From Candidatus Poseidoniaceae archaeon (GTDB taxonomy: Archaea; Thermoplasmatota; Poseidoniia; Poseidoniales; Poseidoniaceae), in assembly GCA_943789275.1 (NCBI GenBank), contig CALSTM010000001.1:450001-482000 (forward strand): a stretch of DNA of 32,000 bases, written 5' to 3'. Made by a program: the position numbers and the translations under genes. Numbering within the stretch: the stretch's first letter is position 1; every line of letters starts with the position of its first letter. The notes below the pieces were generated by a model. It was not told the origin of the DNA, did not search any database, and saw nothing but the letters and a program-made list of their open reading frames with translations. Below, in pieces: positions 8,475 through 16,717 of this stretch.

Positions 8475-8822
8475 ATGCCTGTGTTGTATCACAACCCTCG
8501 TTGCTCGAAATCCCGGCAGGCGGTACTCATGTGCGCTGAATCAGCTATTGATGTTGACATCCATTTGTACCTCAAAAAACCCTTAGATTACGATACTCTT
8601 TATTCCATGCTTGAACGACTCCAGGGCGATGTCGGTCAAGCTGTGCGTTGGAAAGATAAGGCCATTCAAAGCATCGACACATCCGATATTGATGCCAACG
8701 ACATCGAATCAGTTGCTCGTTTTTTATCAGAGTTCGGTCACTTGATGGAACGTCCATGGCTAGACGTTGGGAGCGTTACGATGATTGGACGGCCTGTTGA
8801 GAATTTGGCTCGTCTTCTTTAG
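8475..8822 (+). CDS. ArsC-family (glutaredoxin-type arsenate reductase/Spx-fold) protein
   Basis: MPVLYHNPRCSKSRQAV...LMERPWL...IGRPVENLARLL aligns with the R773 ArsC pattern as I recall it (YHNPxCxxSR ... INRP ... RP). The upstream extension to 8433 in the track is unlikely. Confidence 0.8.
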   Translation: MPVLYHNPRCSKSRQAVLMCAESAIDVDIHLYLKKPLDYDTLYSMLERLQGDVGQAVRWKDKAIQSIDTSDIDANDIESVARFLSEFGHLMERPWLDVGSVTMIGRPVENLARLL

Positions 8823-9210
8823 CAGCACCCCGCTCTTTTTCAGATCTCGGCTCCACATCGAACTTTCGATGCTCGTCTACTTCAGCGAGCGTTTGATTTT
8901 TGGGCGTCGTTCCGGGAGAAATTAACCACTTCCCGGTAAAAGGCTCACGAAGTAAGGTCATGAGGTTTCGTGATTTTAATGCATCAATTCCGGCAGCAGT
9001 TCGATCGACGGCAGGTGCGATGTCTTCATTGAATGTGGAATCCATAGCAGAACATACTTCTTGGAAGCTACGTGTACCATCGCAAAGTTCCCATAACATG
9101 CTGTTCATTTGGTCGAACGGTCGACGAACTTCACGCGGAGCGCGGAGTATTTTTGCGAGAATCCGTTCGAGCCGTGTGAATCGTTTTTCTATACGGAGTA
9201 CGATGTTCAT
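8776..9210 (-). CDS. PqqD-like (RRE-type winged-helix) protein with a charged, disordered C-terminal tail
   Basis: The core MNSMLWELCDGTRSFQEVCSAMDSTFNEDIAPAVDRTAAGIDALKSRNLM matches the PqqD family pattern (N..a..iw.l.DG..t..ei...l). The ATG at 9210 is preceded by GAAGGAGT. The track start at 9336 is TTG. Its 3' end overlaps the convergent ArsC-family gene by 47 nt. Confidence 0.55.
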   Translation of the reverse strand: MNIVLRIEKRFTRLERILAKILRAPREVRRPFDQMNSMLWELCDGTRSFQEVCSAMDSTFNEDIAPAVDRTAAGIDALKSRNLMTLLREPFTGKWLISPGTTPKNQTLAEVDEHRKFDVEPRSEKERGAAKEDEPNSQQAVQSS

Positions 9211-9339
9211 CCCCGTGACTCCTTCTTCTTCCAAGTGTGGGCCTGGCTCACCTACCCTCGCCCACCATACGGGGAGGCGGCAGGGGTATGTTCCCGAATA
9301 TTGATGGCTTTCACTGTCTGCTATTTCCACGTTCAACCC

Positions 9340-9519
9340 TCAAAATTCTGTAAAAGTCCATACGACCATCACGACCATTGCCGCCACACCCGAAAAGGCA
9401 ACCATTCGCGTGGCTTCGAGCCGTTCTGTAAAATTCCTTAGGAACCAAGTCCCAACCCCACAAACCGCAATCACGGCCCAAAGAAGATACCAAGCAGCGG
9501 GGTAAACTGTTGACTCCAT
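9340..9519 (-). CDS. 59-aa two-TM microprotein (hypothetical)
   Basis: Falls below the 60-aa cutoff of the ORF track. I translated it by hand as MESTVYPAAWYLLWAVIAVCGVGTWFLRNFTERLEATRMVAFSGVAAMVVMVVWTFTEF. It has two clear hydrophobic helices separated by a basic loop. It starts 26 nt after the stop of the giant surface-protein gene. It has no clear Shine-Dalgarno motif. Confidence 0.35.
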   Translation of the reverse strand: MESTVYPAAWYLLWAVIAVCGVGTWFLRNFTERLEATRMVAFSGVAAMVVMVVWTFTEF

Positions 9520-9545
9520 GTGATTCGCCTACAGTATGTTGGTTG

Positions 9546-12500
9546 TTACTGTTTCGTATCGAGGTATTGCTGCCCATAATACTGCCATTGTTCCATCGAC
9601 CAGCCTGCTGGCAATCCTTCGGCTGGGACTTCAGGTCCAGTGAGTAGAGGCACAGGTGATGGTTCTGGAGTTGGCGATGAAATAGGTGGTCCTTGTTCAA
9701 GCTCAACTGTTTCGAACACTGGTATCGTTTTCGGATGCGAATCGTACATCTCTTCAGTTTCACGGTTTGAGCGTTTACGAAGCAACAGTGTGAGAATTAC
9801 AGCGGCAAACAGGAATCCTGCAATCGAAGTAGCAAGGACTTCCGCATTCATTTCGAACTGTTCAGTTTCCATTTGTTCAAACACGTAAAACTGTTCATCC
9901 TGCCAACTCAACACACCGTCTTCAGATTCAACAACAAATTGGAGATTTCCTTCAAGCGGCCCTTCTAACCTGTGCAATTCACACTTGATGTCCTCATATT
10001 TTGGCGATATGTGGCCCGGTTCAAATTCAAAATTTCTTCCTGATTCATTGACCAGCAATCCGAGGCAGACAATCTGCCAACCTTGGGGTTTTGAAATCTC
10101 GACGTTGTATATTTCGTCTTGACTGGATGTTGAAGTAAGATTCAACCAAAACGGTACGCCTGTTCCTGATTCGGTTGTCCCGTTCATGGTCTGACTTAAT
10201 TCAGCGTTGAGCACCCGTTGGGAATCGACCAGTATCAACACATCATGCACCAGTTCATACGGTTTATTTTCGGCATTATTTCCCGCAATCACTTCAAATG
10301 AAACTACAATTCTGCTGTTCAACTGCATTGAATCAGGAATAATCATGTCGACCTTCACGACCATCTCTTGTCCTGCAGCCATCACAAATGGGTTGTAAAG
10401 CCCCATCGGAAGAGAGGCCCCCGAATCACCAACGCTCAAGAAACTCATGAGTTCATCGTTCGGCGGAGATACAGAAACGCTTGCCATTACTACAAACGAA
10501 TCATCCACTGCATTACCTATATTTTTGACGGTCACACTTACTGAAGAAGAATCGCCAACTGCAGCAGTTGATTCGGTCATGTTGGCGAAGAGAGAAGGTA
10601 TTCTTACCGCGGCGGTTATGGTGTCAAATTCGATGACATTATCTGAATTCATAATGTCTGGAAGCCCTTCGCTGTTTTCCACGCTAAATGAGAGCGTGTG
10701 TATTTCTCCAGCCCGTTCCTCGCTTGGAAGGAGAATCATGATATCGAGGGTTACGGCGTATTCATTATCGTACCGTGCAGATAATTCGATTGGACCTGAA
10801 TGGTTCATGTTGTCGATTCGAACCCACCATGACCAAGATTCAGGAATCGATTCAGTGGTAAGAATCGCCTCAACAGGTCCATTTCCATTGTTTTCAACAT
10901 CGACTGTAAGTAGAGTCGGAACGCCGGGTTTCAATTTTATCGGTGCTTCGATCAGCGTTAATCGTAAATCACTCACTGTACGAACTGAAATCTCGTCAAA
11001 TTCAGCACCTTGGAAGACCATTCCACTTCGCTGTGAGGTGATGGTTGGCGTTATGCTTGGCGCCATATCACCTGCCTGTGCAGTAGTTGGTGATGTCACT
11101 TCGATACGAAACGTGGCGGATGATTGACTGTTCACCACGGCAGCCTGAGTTGGTGGCGATTCAATCACCCAACTTCCAACATTAGAATGGTCGATACTTA
11201 TTGAAAAAATATCTTGGCGACTGGCATTGTTCCAAATGGTAAATTCGATTGAAATACTGTCACCTGCATCCATTTCCCAAATTTGGTTCTTCTGTTCTTG
11301 GGTCATGCCTACACTGGCGTCACTAATCATCGATGCTGAAACATCAATGTCTTGAGTATGGCTACGCGTGGAGGTATTTTGTGATGTGGCGGTTAATGAG
11401 AACTCATACATTGAATCTGGGATGGCAGTTTCAGGCACCGTAAGGATGAAATCCACATTGACCGGAGTATCTGGCCTCACCAGTACATTTTCACTTTGCG
11501 TCCACCCAAAATTCACATTCCATCCTTGCCCTAGATTTGACGTATCAAGATCCAATACAAACACATCTGTTGCATCACCTCGATTCTGTACTTCGAGAGA
11601 AAACGGACATGAACTTCCTGGCGGGCATGCAGGCGCCACCTCAGGTCGAAGAATGTACGGTTCTCTGTCCGGCATAACTTGGAATTGCATTGGAAGAGTT
11701 GTGTTAACGTCGCTGTACTGGCTTGACTCTCCTCTGAATGTCATTTGTTGGAAACCGGTAGTTGCATTTTCATCTGGTTTTATTTTGATATCGATGAGTT
11801 TTGATTCACCGGGTGCGAGAAGAACGCCTGATTGTTCATTGATGGAGACCCCATTCGGGTTCGCATAATAGACTTCCCACTCGGCAGGTAATCCGATAAT
11901 TTGAGGCAATATTGAATCAGAGATGTTACCATCGTTGACCACCTCCACGCGCACAGCACCCCATTCACCTGGGACCGAACCATCCGTGGATATGCCGTTT
12001 GACGACAATGCGTATTCCTCTGCCCGAACTTTTTGGTCATAAACAATGACCAACTCATCAAAGTAATAACCGATATCCGTCAGTGTTGCGTCCGACTCAA
12101 ACAAGAATCGAAACTGGGTCTGTGCGTGAAAGTGCTCCTGCGGAACCGGAATCAGTGGTGACATGATTCCACCATCGTTCACTGAGAAAGTCCGATAATC
12201 CTGCCCATCGATAAAACTTTGATCGACTGTACCCTGTACTGTCGCCAGGTCAAACCAGTTGCCAAATGCTGTTTTCACTTGCACTTTCAACCGATCATTC
12301 GTTTCCGCACTTCCTGTGTAGTAGAAACTCAATCCGTTGGTACGTGAGGGATTGCTCACGGCGTCTGACATGTCCATGACCGGTGTTGTGAGAGATGACG
12401 CTAAATTATTCGAATACGACGACGACTGCCCATTGCCGGCATGGCAACTGCTGCCCATGGAAAGTGCAGTGTCTGTACTCAGCCCCCATTCGGTTCCTGC

Positions 12501-13079
12501 AGTCCATCCGTTGAGATTATCGCAATTAAAGTACAAACTTGCGACGGTCATCGTGGCTCCAAATGCATCATTTTGTACATTGTCATCGGACACGGTCGAT
12601 GTTGCGCGAACGATGAGCGTGTGATTTCCCGAATAGGTGGGTGTAAACGTCTTTGAAACGGTATTTGACTCGCCTCCGGCGAGCGATGAGAGTTGGAGTG
12701 TTTCATTTATGGGTTCAAAGAGTGCGTATTCATTGTGAAGGACTTTGATGTTGACATCTATGAATCCTGAACTCGCAGTACCTAAGTTCTCGACGAGTGC
12801 TTCAAGTTGGATTGGAACGTCCACGACAGCATCTGTAACGTACAAAGACTGTGGGCGGTTGAATCCGAGAACAGGATAGTTGGATGAAAACATTCGATAC
12901 TGCTCTTCATCCCCCGGTGTGGTGTAAGAAAACGATACTTCAGTGACGGTTAAGTCAACACCTGTACCCCTGGCTGCCACCCCGTGAGCAGTTTCACCTG
13001 CAAGATTTACCAGCCCTCCAAAAGGAATGCTGCTCCCTATGAATAGGACCAAAATCAAACCGGCAAGGAATTTTTTCAT
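9546..13079 (-). CDS. Giant cell-surface protein: signal peptide, repeated CARDB/NEW3-like beta-sandwich modules, C-terminal TM anchor and a short cytoplasmic tail
   Basis: The ATG at 13079 gives MKKFLAGLILVLFIGSSIP, a signal peptide; the track start at 13106 is TTG. At least 6 modules show the pattern V.V.N.G......L....P.GW (for example EVVNDGNISD...LPAEWEV, EVQNRGDATD...LGQGWNV, DVENNGNGPV...IPESWSW, TVKNIGNAVD). The TM helix is LATSIAGFLFAAVILTLLL, followed by the tail ...LPAGWSMEQWQYYGQQYL. Confidence 0.85.
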   Translation of the reverse strand: MKKFLAGLILVLFIGSSIPFGGLVNLAGETAHGVAARGTGVDLTVTEVSFSYTTPGDEEQYRMFSSNYPVLGFNRPQSLYVTDAVVDVPIQLEALVENLGTASSGFIDVNIKVLHNEYALFEPINETLQLSSLAGGESNTVSKTFTPTYSGNHTLIVRATSTVSDDNVQNDAFGATMTVASLYFNCDNLNGWTAGTEWGLSTDTALSMGSSCHAGNGQSSSYSNNLASSLTTPVMDMSDAVSNPSRTNGLSFYYTGSAETNDRLKVQVKTAFGNWFDLATVQGTVDQSFIDGQDYRTFSVNDGGIMSPLIPVPQEHFHAQTQFRFLFESDATLTDIGYYFDELVIVYDQKVRAEEYALSSNGISTDGSVPGEWGAVRVEVVNDGNISDSILPQIIGLPAEWEVYYANPNGVSINEQSGVLLAPGESKLIDIKIKPDENATTGFQQMTFRGESSQYSDVNTTLPMQFQVMPDREPYILRPEVAPACPPGSSCPFSLEVQNRGDATDVFVLDLDTSNLGQGWNVNFGWTQSENVLVRPDTPVNVDFILTVPETAIPDSMYEFSLTATSQNTSTRSHTQDIDVSASMISDASVGMTQEQKNQIWEMDAGDSISIEFTIWNNASRQDIFSISIDHSNVGSWVIESPPTQAAVVNSQSSATFRIEVTSPTTAQAGDMAPSITPTITSQRSGMVFQGAEFDEISVRTVSDLRLTLIEAPIKLKPGVPTLLTVDVENNGNGPVEAILTTESIPESWSWWVRIDNMNHSGPIELSARYDNEYAVTLDIMILLPSEERAGEIHTLSFSVENSEGLPDIMNSDNVIEFDTITAAVRIPSLFANMTESTAAVGDSSSVSVTVKNIGNAVDDSFVVMASVSVSPPNDELMSFLSVGDSGASLPMGLYNPFVMAAGQEMVVKVDMIIPDSMQLNSRIVVSFEVIAGNNAENKPYELVHDVLILVDSQRVLNAELSQTMNGTTESGTGVPFWLNLTSTSSQDEIYNVEISKPQGWQIVCLGLLVNESGRNFEFEPGHISPKYEDIKCELHRLEGPLEGNLQFVVESEDGVLSWQDEQFYVFEQMETEQFEMNAEVLATSIAGFLFAAVILTLLLRKRSNRETEEMYDSHPKTIPVFETVELEQGPPISSPTPEPSPVPLLTGPEVPAEGLPAGWSMEQWQYYGQQYLDTKQ

Positions 13080-13105
13080 CGGGCTCAAAACCCTACATTC
13101 CTTCA

Positions 13106-13113
13106 ATATATAT
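13106..13113 (-). promoter_or_regulatory. TATA box for the giant surface-protein gene
   Basis: An atatatat run sits in the 51-nt gap between the stop of the upstream gene (13131) and the ATG at 13079. It is about 30 nt upstream of that ATG, which implies a near-leaderless mRNA. Confidence 0.45.
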
Positions 13114-13130
13114 GAGGGAATTGGAGAGAA

Positions 13131-13949
13131 TTATTCCTTGTTTTCAAGGGAATCAACGATATGTTTCTCGGAGTTCTCCAACTTCACTTGGTCCTTCTTT
13201 TCCTTTGCTTTAGCAGCAAAATAGACAGTGAAGGAGGGGATGAGCACCATTGAAAAACACCCGATGACCGCAGCAAGAGCCCACAAAAACTCCGTCCCTG
13301 CATCGACTGAAAATACGGCAATGGTGTCAAATTCCTCGTTGACCGTTACGAGTGATATATCCGGTGATGTAAGGCGGTCTCCAACTTCAATAATTTCAAC
13401 GCGAATGGTCGACGGAACGTGATTGTACTCAATAAGTTCTCGAGCTTTCGTTGTGGCAACATCGATGTTTTCTCCGTACACTGTACCGTTGTTTCTTCTG
13501 GCTGGGTCGTACGATGTCAGAGCATTGATTTGAACGTCGTCTCCGTTCGAGTCGACCTGATGCGTTGTATTCTTTTGACATTGCTTGGCGCAACTGAATG
13601 CTTGGTCCGATTCTACCCCGAGCAGACGGTGGCTGTAGAGTCCGGCGGCGTTGATGAGACGTACCTTCGAATCATCCGAAAGTTCTGATGCTGTGAGGTA
13701 AACCCATGTGAGGTTCGAACTGTTCGCTGGAATATCCCAAGCCCAAGTGGTCGTGTTTGACGACTCTTGGTAAATCCGCGTAGGGTCGTTGATGGTATGG
13801 TCAGTTTCCTCAGTATCGGTTGTGTAAAGATAGTATGAAGGTGATACTGTGGCGCCGTATACAGCATATGAGAGGAGTAAAATGAGTGTGACGGAAAGGC
13901 CCATCAATGTTCTCAAAAGGTTCGGGTTCTGAGCCAATGCCTTCTTCAT
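13131..13949 (-). CDS. Hypothetical bitopic membrane protein: N- and C-terminal TM helices flanking a roughly 200-aa extracytoplasmic domain
   Basis: The TM helices are LMGLSVTLILLLSYAVYGA and FLWALAAVIGCFSMVLIPSFTVYF. Several N-x-S/T sequons lie between them. I found no recognisable family motif. The start is either the ATG at 13949 or the TTG at 13973. Confidence 0.65.
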   Translation of the reverse strand: MKKALAQNPNLLRTLMGLSVTLILLLSYAVYGATVSPSYYLYTTDTEETDHTINDPTRIYQESSNTTTWAWDIPANSSNLTWVYLTASELSDDSKVRLINAAGLYSHRLLGVESDQAFSCAKQCQKNTTHQVDSNGDDVQINALTSYDPARRNNGTVYGENIDVATTKARELIEYNHVPSTIRVEIIEVGDRLTSPDISLVTVNEEFDTIAVFSVDAGTEFLWALAAVIGCFSMVLIPSFTVYFAAKAKEKKDQVKLENSEKHIVDSLENKE

Positions 13950-14096
13950 CAGTCTATCCAAATGCCACTCCAACTTGAACCCTTGTTCGATTCATTATTC
14001 GTTTGACGGCGTCGAACTGAACCTGATGTAGTAGCATCCCTTACCCGTTCTCTTCATATAGGGGAGTTCGGTCGGCAAATTGCTCGGTGTCTTATC

Positions 14097-14591
14097 ATGA
14101 CGACTCTATACGATATACCCGCTGAAATCCTTAACCCAGCTCTTGCAGCGCGACTTGAAGAATCAAAGAGCGTTTCAACGCCAGAATGGGCAGAATTTGT
14201 CAAAACTGGTGCCGACCGTGAACGCCCACCGTCTCAATCGAACTGGTGGTTCCTACGATCTGCTGCAATTCTTCGTAAGGTTGCTCGTGAAGGCCCTGTC
14301 GGCGTTACGCACCTTGCACAAGCATTCGGTGGTCGAAAAGACAACGGAGCAGGACCGAACACCCCAGGTGTTGCTTCACGCCACATTATTCGCACATCCC
14401 TACAACAACTCGAAGAATCCGGATTGGTTGAAAAAGTTCCAGGTCGTGTCGTTGAAGACGAAAACGGTGACGCTCTGCAACTCTACAAAGGTCGCCGAAT
14501 CACTGCGTCCGGGCACAAAATGATTGATGCCGTCGCCCATGAATGCCGACCTGCAGCAAATGAACAATTCCCAGGGCTTTCGAAGTACTGA
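14097..14591 (+). CDS. rps19e: 30S ribosomal protein S19e
   Basis: Contains PEWAEFVKTGADRERPP...NWWFLRSAAILRKV...LAQAFGG, the characteristic S19e sequence. Confidence 0.9.
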   Translation: MTTLYDIPAEILNPALAARLEESKSVSTPEWAEFVKTGADRERPPSQSNWWFLRSAAILRKVAREGPVGVTHLAQAFGGRKDNGAGPNTPGVASRHIIRTSLQQLEESGLVEKVPGRVVEDENGDALQLYKGRRITASGHKMIDAVAHECRPAANEQFPGLSKY

Positions 14592-14614
14592 AGGGCGTGA
14601 ACGAGGTGGCAAGC

Positions 14615-14974
14615 ATGGTATCAACTCAAGATGACGAGTTGAACCAACTACGCGAACAACGTCGACTTGCCCTTCAAAAGCAACTCGAACAGCAAGCAGC
14701 AAGTCAGGCTGATGCTGAAGTCAAAGCACAAGAGGCTCAGCGAATTTCGCAAAATCTTGATGCTGCTATGAAAAAACTCCTTTCTCCTGATGCACGCTCT
14801 CGCCTTTCGGCTATTTCATTGGCGACACCGGAACGTGCTGAAATGATCAAGCAATCCATCGTCCAACTTCACAGTCAAGGTAAACTCACTTCCCTTATGA
14901 CCGATGAGCAATTGAAACAATTGCTCCTTTCACAATCCAAGAGCCGCCGTAGTGCGTCCATCCGAAGAATCTGA
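14615..14974 (+). CDS. PDCD5/TFAR19-like double-stranded DNA-binding protein
   Basis: [37 protein letters not shown]...EQLKQLL matches the dsDNA_bind family. It occupies the conserved position after S19e. GAGGTGG lies 6 nt upstream of the ATG at 14615; the track start at 14597 is GTG. Confidence 0.85.
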   Translation: MVSTQDDELNQLREQRRLALQKQLEQQAASQADAEVKAQEAQRISQNLDAAMKKLLSPDARSRLSAISLATPERAEMIKQSIVQLHSQGKLTSLMTDEQLKQLLLSQSKSRRSASIRRI

Positions 14975-14988
14975 GAAGGTGCTCGAAC

Positions 14989-15144
14989 ATGTCAAGAAAT
15001 AAACCAGCCGCAAAAAAAATACGCCTCATGAAAGTGGGGAAGCAGAACCGACGTGTCCCTGTTTGGGTCATGTTAAAGACCGACCGAAACACTGTGTCGC
15101 ATCCAAAGCGACACCACTGGCGCCGTAGTAAGCTCCAACGATGA
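14989..15144 (+). CDS. rpl39e: 50S ribosomal protein L39e
   Basis: Not in the ORF track (51 aa). My hand translation is [58 protein letters not shown] lies 8 nt upstream of the ATG. Confidence 0.85.
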   Translation: MSRNKPAAKKIRLMKVGKQNRRVPVWVMLKTDRNTVSHPKRHHWRRSKLQR

Positions 15145-15155
15145 GGGTGAAGAAT

Positions 15156-15431
15156 ATGGTACGAGCAAACGAATCCGAACTTACAGTTCCTCTCCGCAAA
15201 GCATGGGGTATCACACGTTACAAGCGTGCACCTCGAGCAATCCAAATCATACGTGAACACGTCATCCATCACCTCAAAGTCGGTGAAGATGAAGAAGTGT
15301 GGATTGACCCGAGCGTCAATGAAAAAATCTGGTCACGGGGCATCGAGAATCCACCCCGAAAGATCCGTCTTCAGGTTACTCGACACGATGAACCTGATAT
15401 TCCAATCGAAGTCAAATTGTTTGAGGAGTGA
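15156..15431 (+). CDS. rpl31e: 50S ribosomal protein L31e
   Basis: Contains [27 protein letters not shown]...[20 protein letters not shown] lies 6 nt upstream of the ATG at 15156. Confidence 0.9.
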   Translation: MVRANESELTVPLRKAWGITRYKRAPRAIQIIREHVIHHLKVGEDEEVWIDPSVNEKIWSRGIENPPRKIRLQVTRHDEPDIPIEVKLFEE

Positions 15432-15436
15432 TACAT

Positions 15437-15628
15437 ATGGGAAATATTCGACCAAGTTTTATCAAAATTCGCGCCATACACCTTGTAGAAGACCACGGAG
15501 AGAAATTCACTGAGGACTTTGATCACAACAAGAAGATGGTCCAAATGCTTACTGATGTTGAGTCAAAGAAACTGCGCAACTGGATTGCTGGGTATGTTAC
15601 CCGTTATCGACAGCGCAGAGTCGACTGA
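15437..15628 (+). CDS. rps17e: 30S ribosomal protein S17e
   Basis: Contains [33 protein letters not shown]...[22 protein letters not shown] lies upstream of the ATG at 15437. Confidence 0.9.
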   Translation: MGNIRPSFIKIRAIHLVEDHGEKFTEDFDHNKKMVQMLTDVESKKLRNWIAGYVTRYRQRRVD

Positions 15629-15641
15629 ATGAGGCGATGAA

Positions 15642-15875
15642 GTGGCCGTGCGCGTCGATTGGGACCGCACCCCCGTTTCTGTCCATCATCCAAAAAAGGA
15701 AGTTCTTGAAGCACTGGTCTTGCACTTACGTAATAAATTCGGTGTGCGTAAGCGCTCTCTCGTCATGGAAGACAGAGAAGACAGTGGATTCTTATTCTTT
15801 CTTTATCAACCTTGTAATCCTCGCTGGATTCTTGAATTCACATCGAATCCGAAGCGACCATTTGAGGAGGAATGA
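15642..15875 (+). CDS. Hypothetical 77-aa protein
   Basis: The ORF has a GTG start and its stop lies 2 nt before the ATG of the methyltransferase gene. I recognised no family motif. The competing 113-aa frame (15637..15978) overlaps the methyltransferase gene and looks spurious. Confidence 0.4.
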   Translation: MAVRVDWDRTPVSVHHPKKEVLEALVLHLRNKFGVRKRSLVMEDREDSGFLFFLYQPCNPRWILEFTSNPKRPFEEE

Positions 15876-15877
15876 AA

Positions 15878-16717
15878 ATGGGGGATCGCCAAAGAATCCC
15901 CTTGCCGCATCGTCCTTATTCATTGCACATTGTACTCGTTGGCGCCACACACCCTGGCAACTTGGGTGCGGTTTGTAGAACCATGCTGAATTACGGTTTC
16001 ACTTCCTTACGGCTTGTGAATCCGATGTGCACGCCTGATGATATCGAAGCGCGAAACAGAGCGAAGCATGCTGGGCGAGTACTCGACGCCTGCACAGTTT
16101 ACGAAACGCTGGAGGAAGCAACATCGGACTGCTCACTGCTCGTTGGAACATCCGGTAAGAGAGAAATCGGTGTGAAAACAAGTTTTCGACATTTCAGCTA
16201 TCCTTGGGAAATGGCAGAGCGGCTTGAATCGTTTAATGGCGCAGTCGCCCTGATTTTTGGTGAAGAAGGCAAAGGACTTTCGACTGAATCACTTGAGTTA
16301 TGTGACTTTCTTGTCACACTACCAACATGGGAAGGTTATCCTATTGCCAATCTCTCACATGCTGTCAATGCGTGTGTCTATGAACTCCATCGTCAGCGCG
16401 TCCTTACTACACAAGGCTCCAACCCGGGCATCCCGAGCATCGTCCCACTTGAACGCAGTTTAAACCCAACTTTACGTAAAGTAATGGAGCAGGGTATTGG
16501 TGAATTTGGCTCGGCCTTACCTGGTAATGATGAACGAAGAAACAGTTTTTCACAAAGTCTACGAAGAAGCATCATGCGTTCAATGCCAACAGAGGATGAA
16601 GTTACACGCTTAATTGGGGGTATTTTGGATGCGACAACAGCGCTTCAATATGTGGAAGGCAATGAAGGCTGGAGGCGAGAACGTCGTCGCAAAATCACTC
16701 CCGCTGAGGAAGAATAA
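15878..16717 (+). CDS. SpoU/TrmH-superfamily RNA 2'-O-methyltransferase (TrmJ-like)
   Basis: Contains LHIVLVGATHPGNLGAVCRTMLNYGF...ALIFGEEGKGLS...PTWEGYPIANLSHAV. GAGGAGG lies 7 nt upstream of the ATG at 15878; the ATG at 15872 is also possible. Confidence 0.8.
   Translation: MGDRQRIPLPHRPYSLHIVLVGATHPGNLGAVCRTMLNYGFTSLRLVNPMCTPDDIEARNRAKHAGRVLDACTVYETLEEATSDCSLLVGTSGKREIGVKTSFRHFSYPWEMAERLESFNGAVALIFGEEGKGLSTESLELCDFLVTLPTWEGYPIANLSHAVNACVYELHRQRVLTTQGSNPGIPSIVPLERSLNPTLRKVMEQGIGEFGSALPGNDERRNSFSQSLRRSIMRSMPTEDEVTRLIGGILDATTALQYVEGNEGWRRERRRKITPAEEE

Noticed and set aside
10447-11868. Long plus-strand ORFs (226 aa at 10447..11127 and 166 aa at 11368..11868) inside the giant surface-protein gene
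   Set aside because: They lie antisense to a 3.5-kb ORF with a clear domain structure. Their products are Ser/Thr/Ile-rich with no motifs. This is typical of shadow ORFs.
15637-15978. A 113-aa plus-strand ORF after S17e
   Set aside because: It overlaps the N-terminus of the SpoU methyltransferase by 100 nt in another frame and has an implausible composition. The 77-aa frame ends cleanly 2 nt before the methyltransferase ATG.
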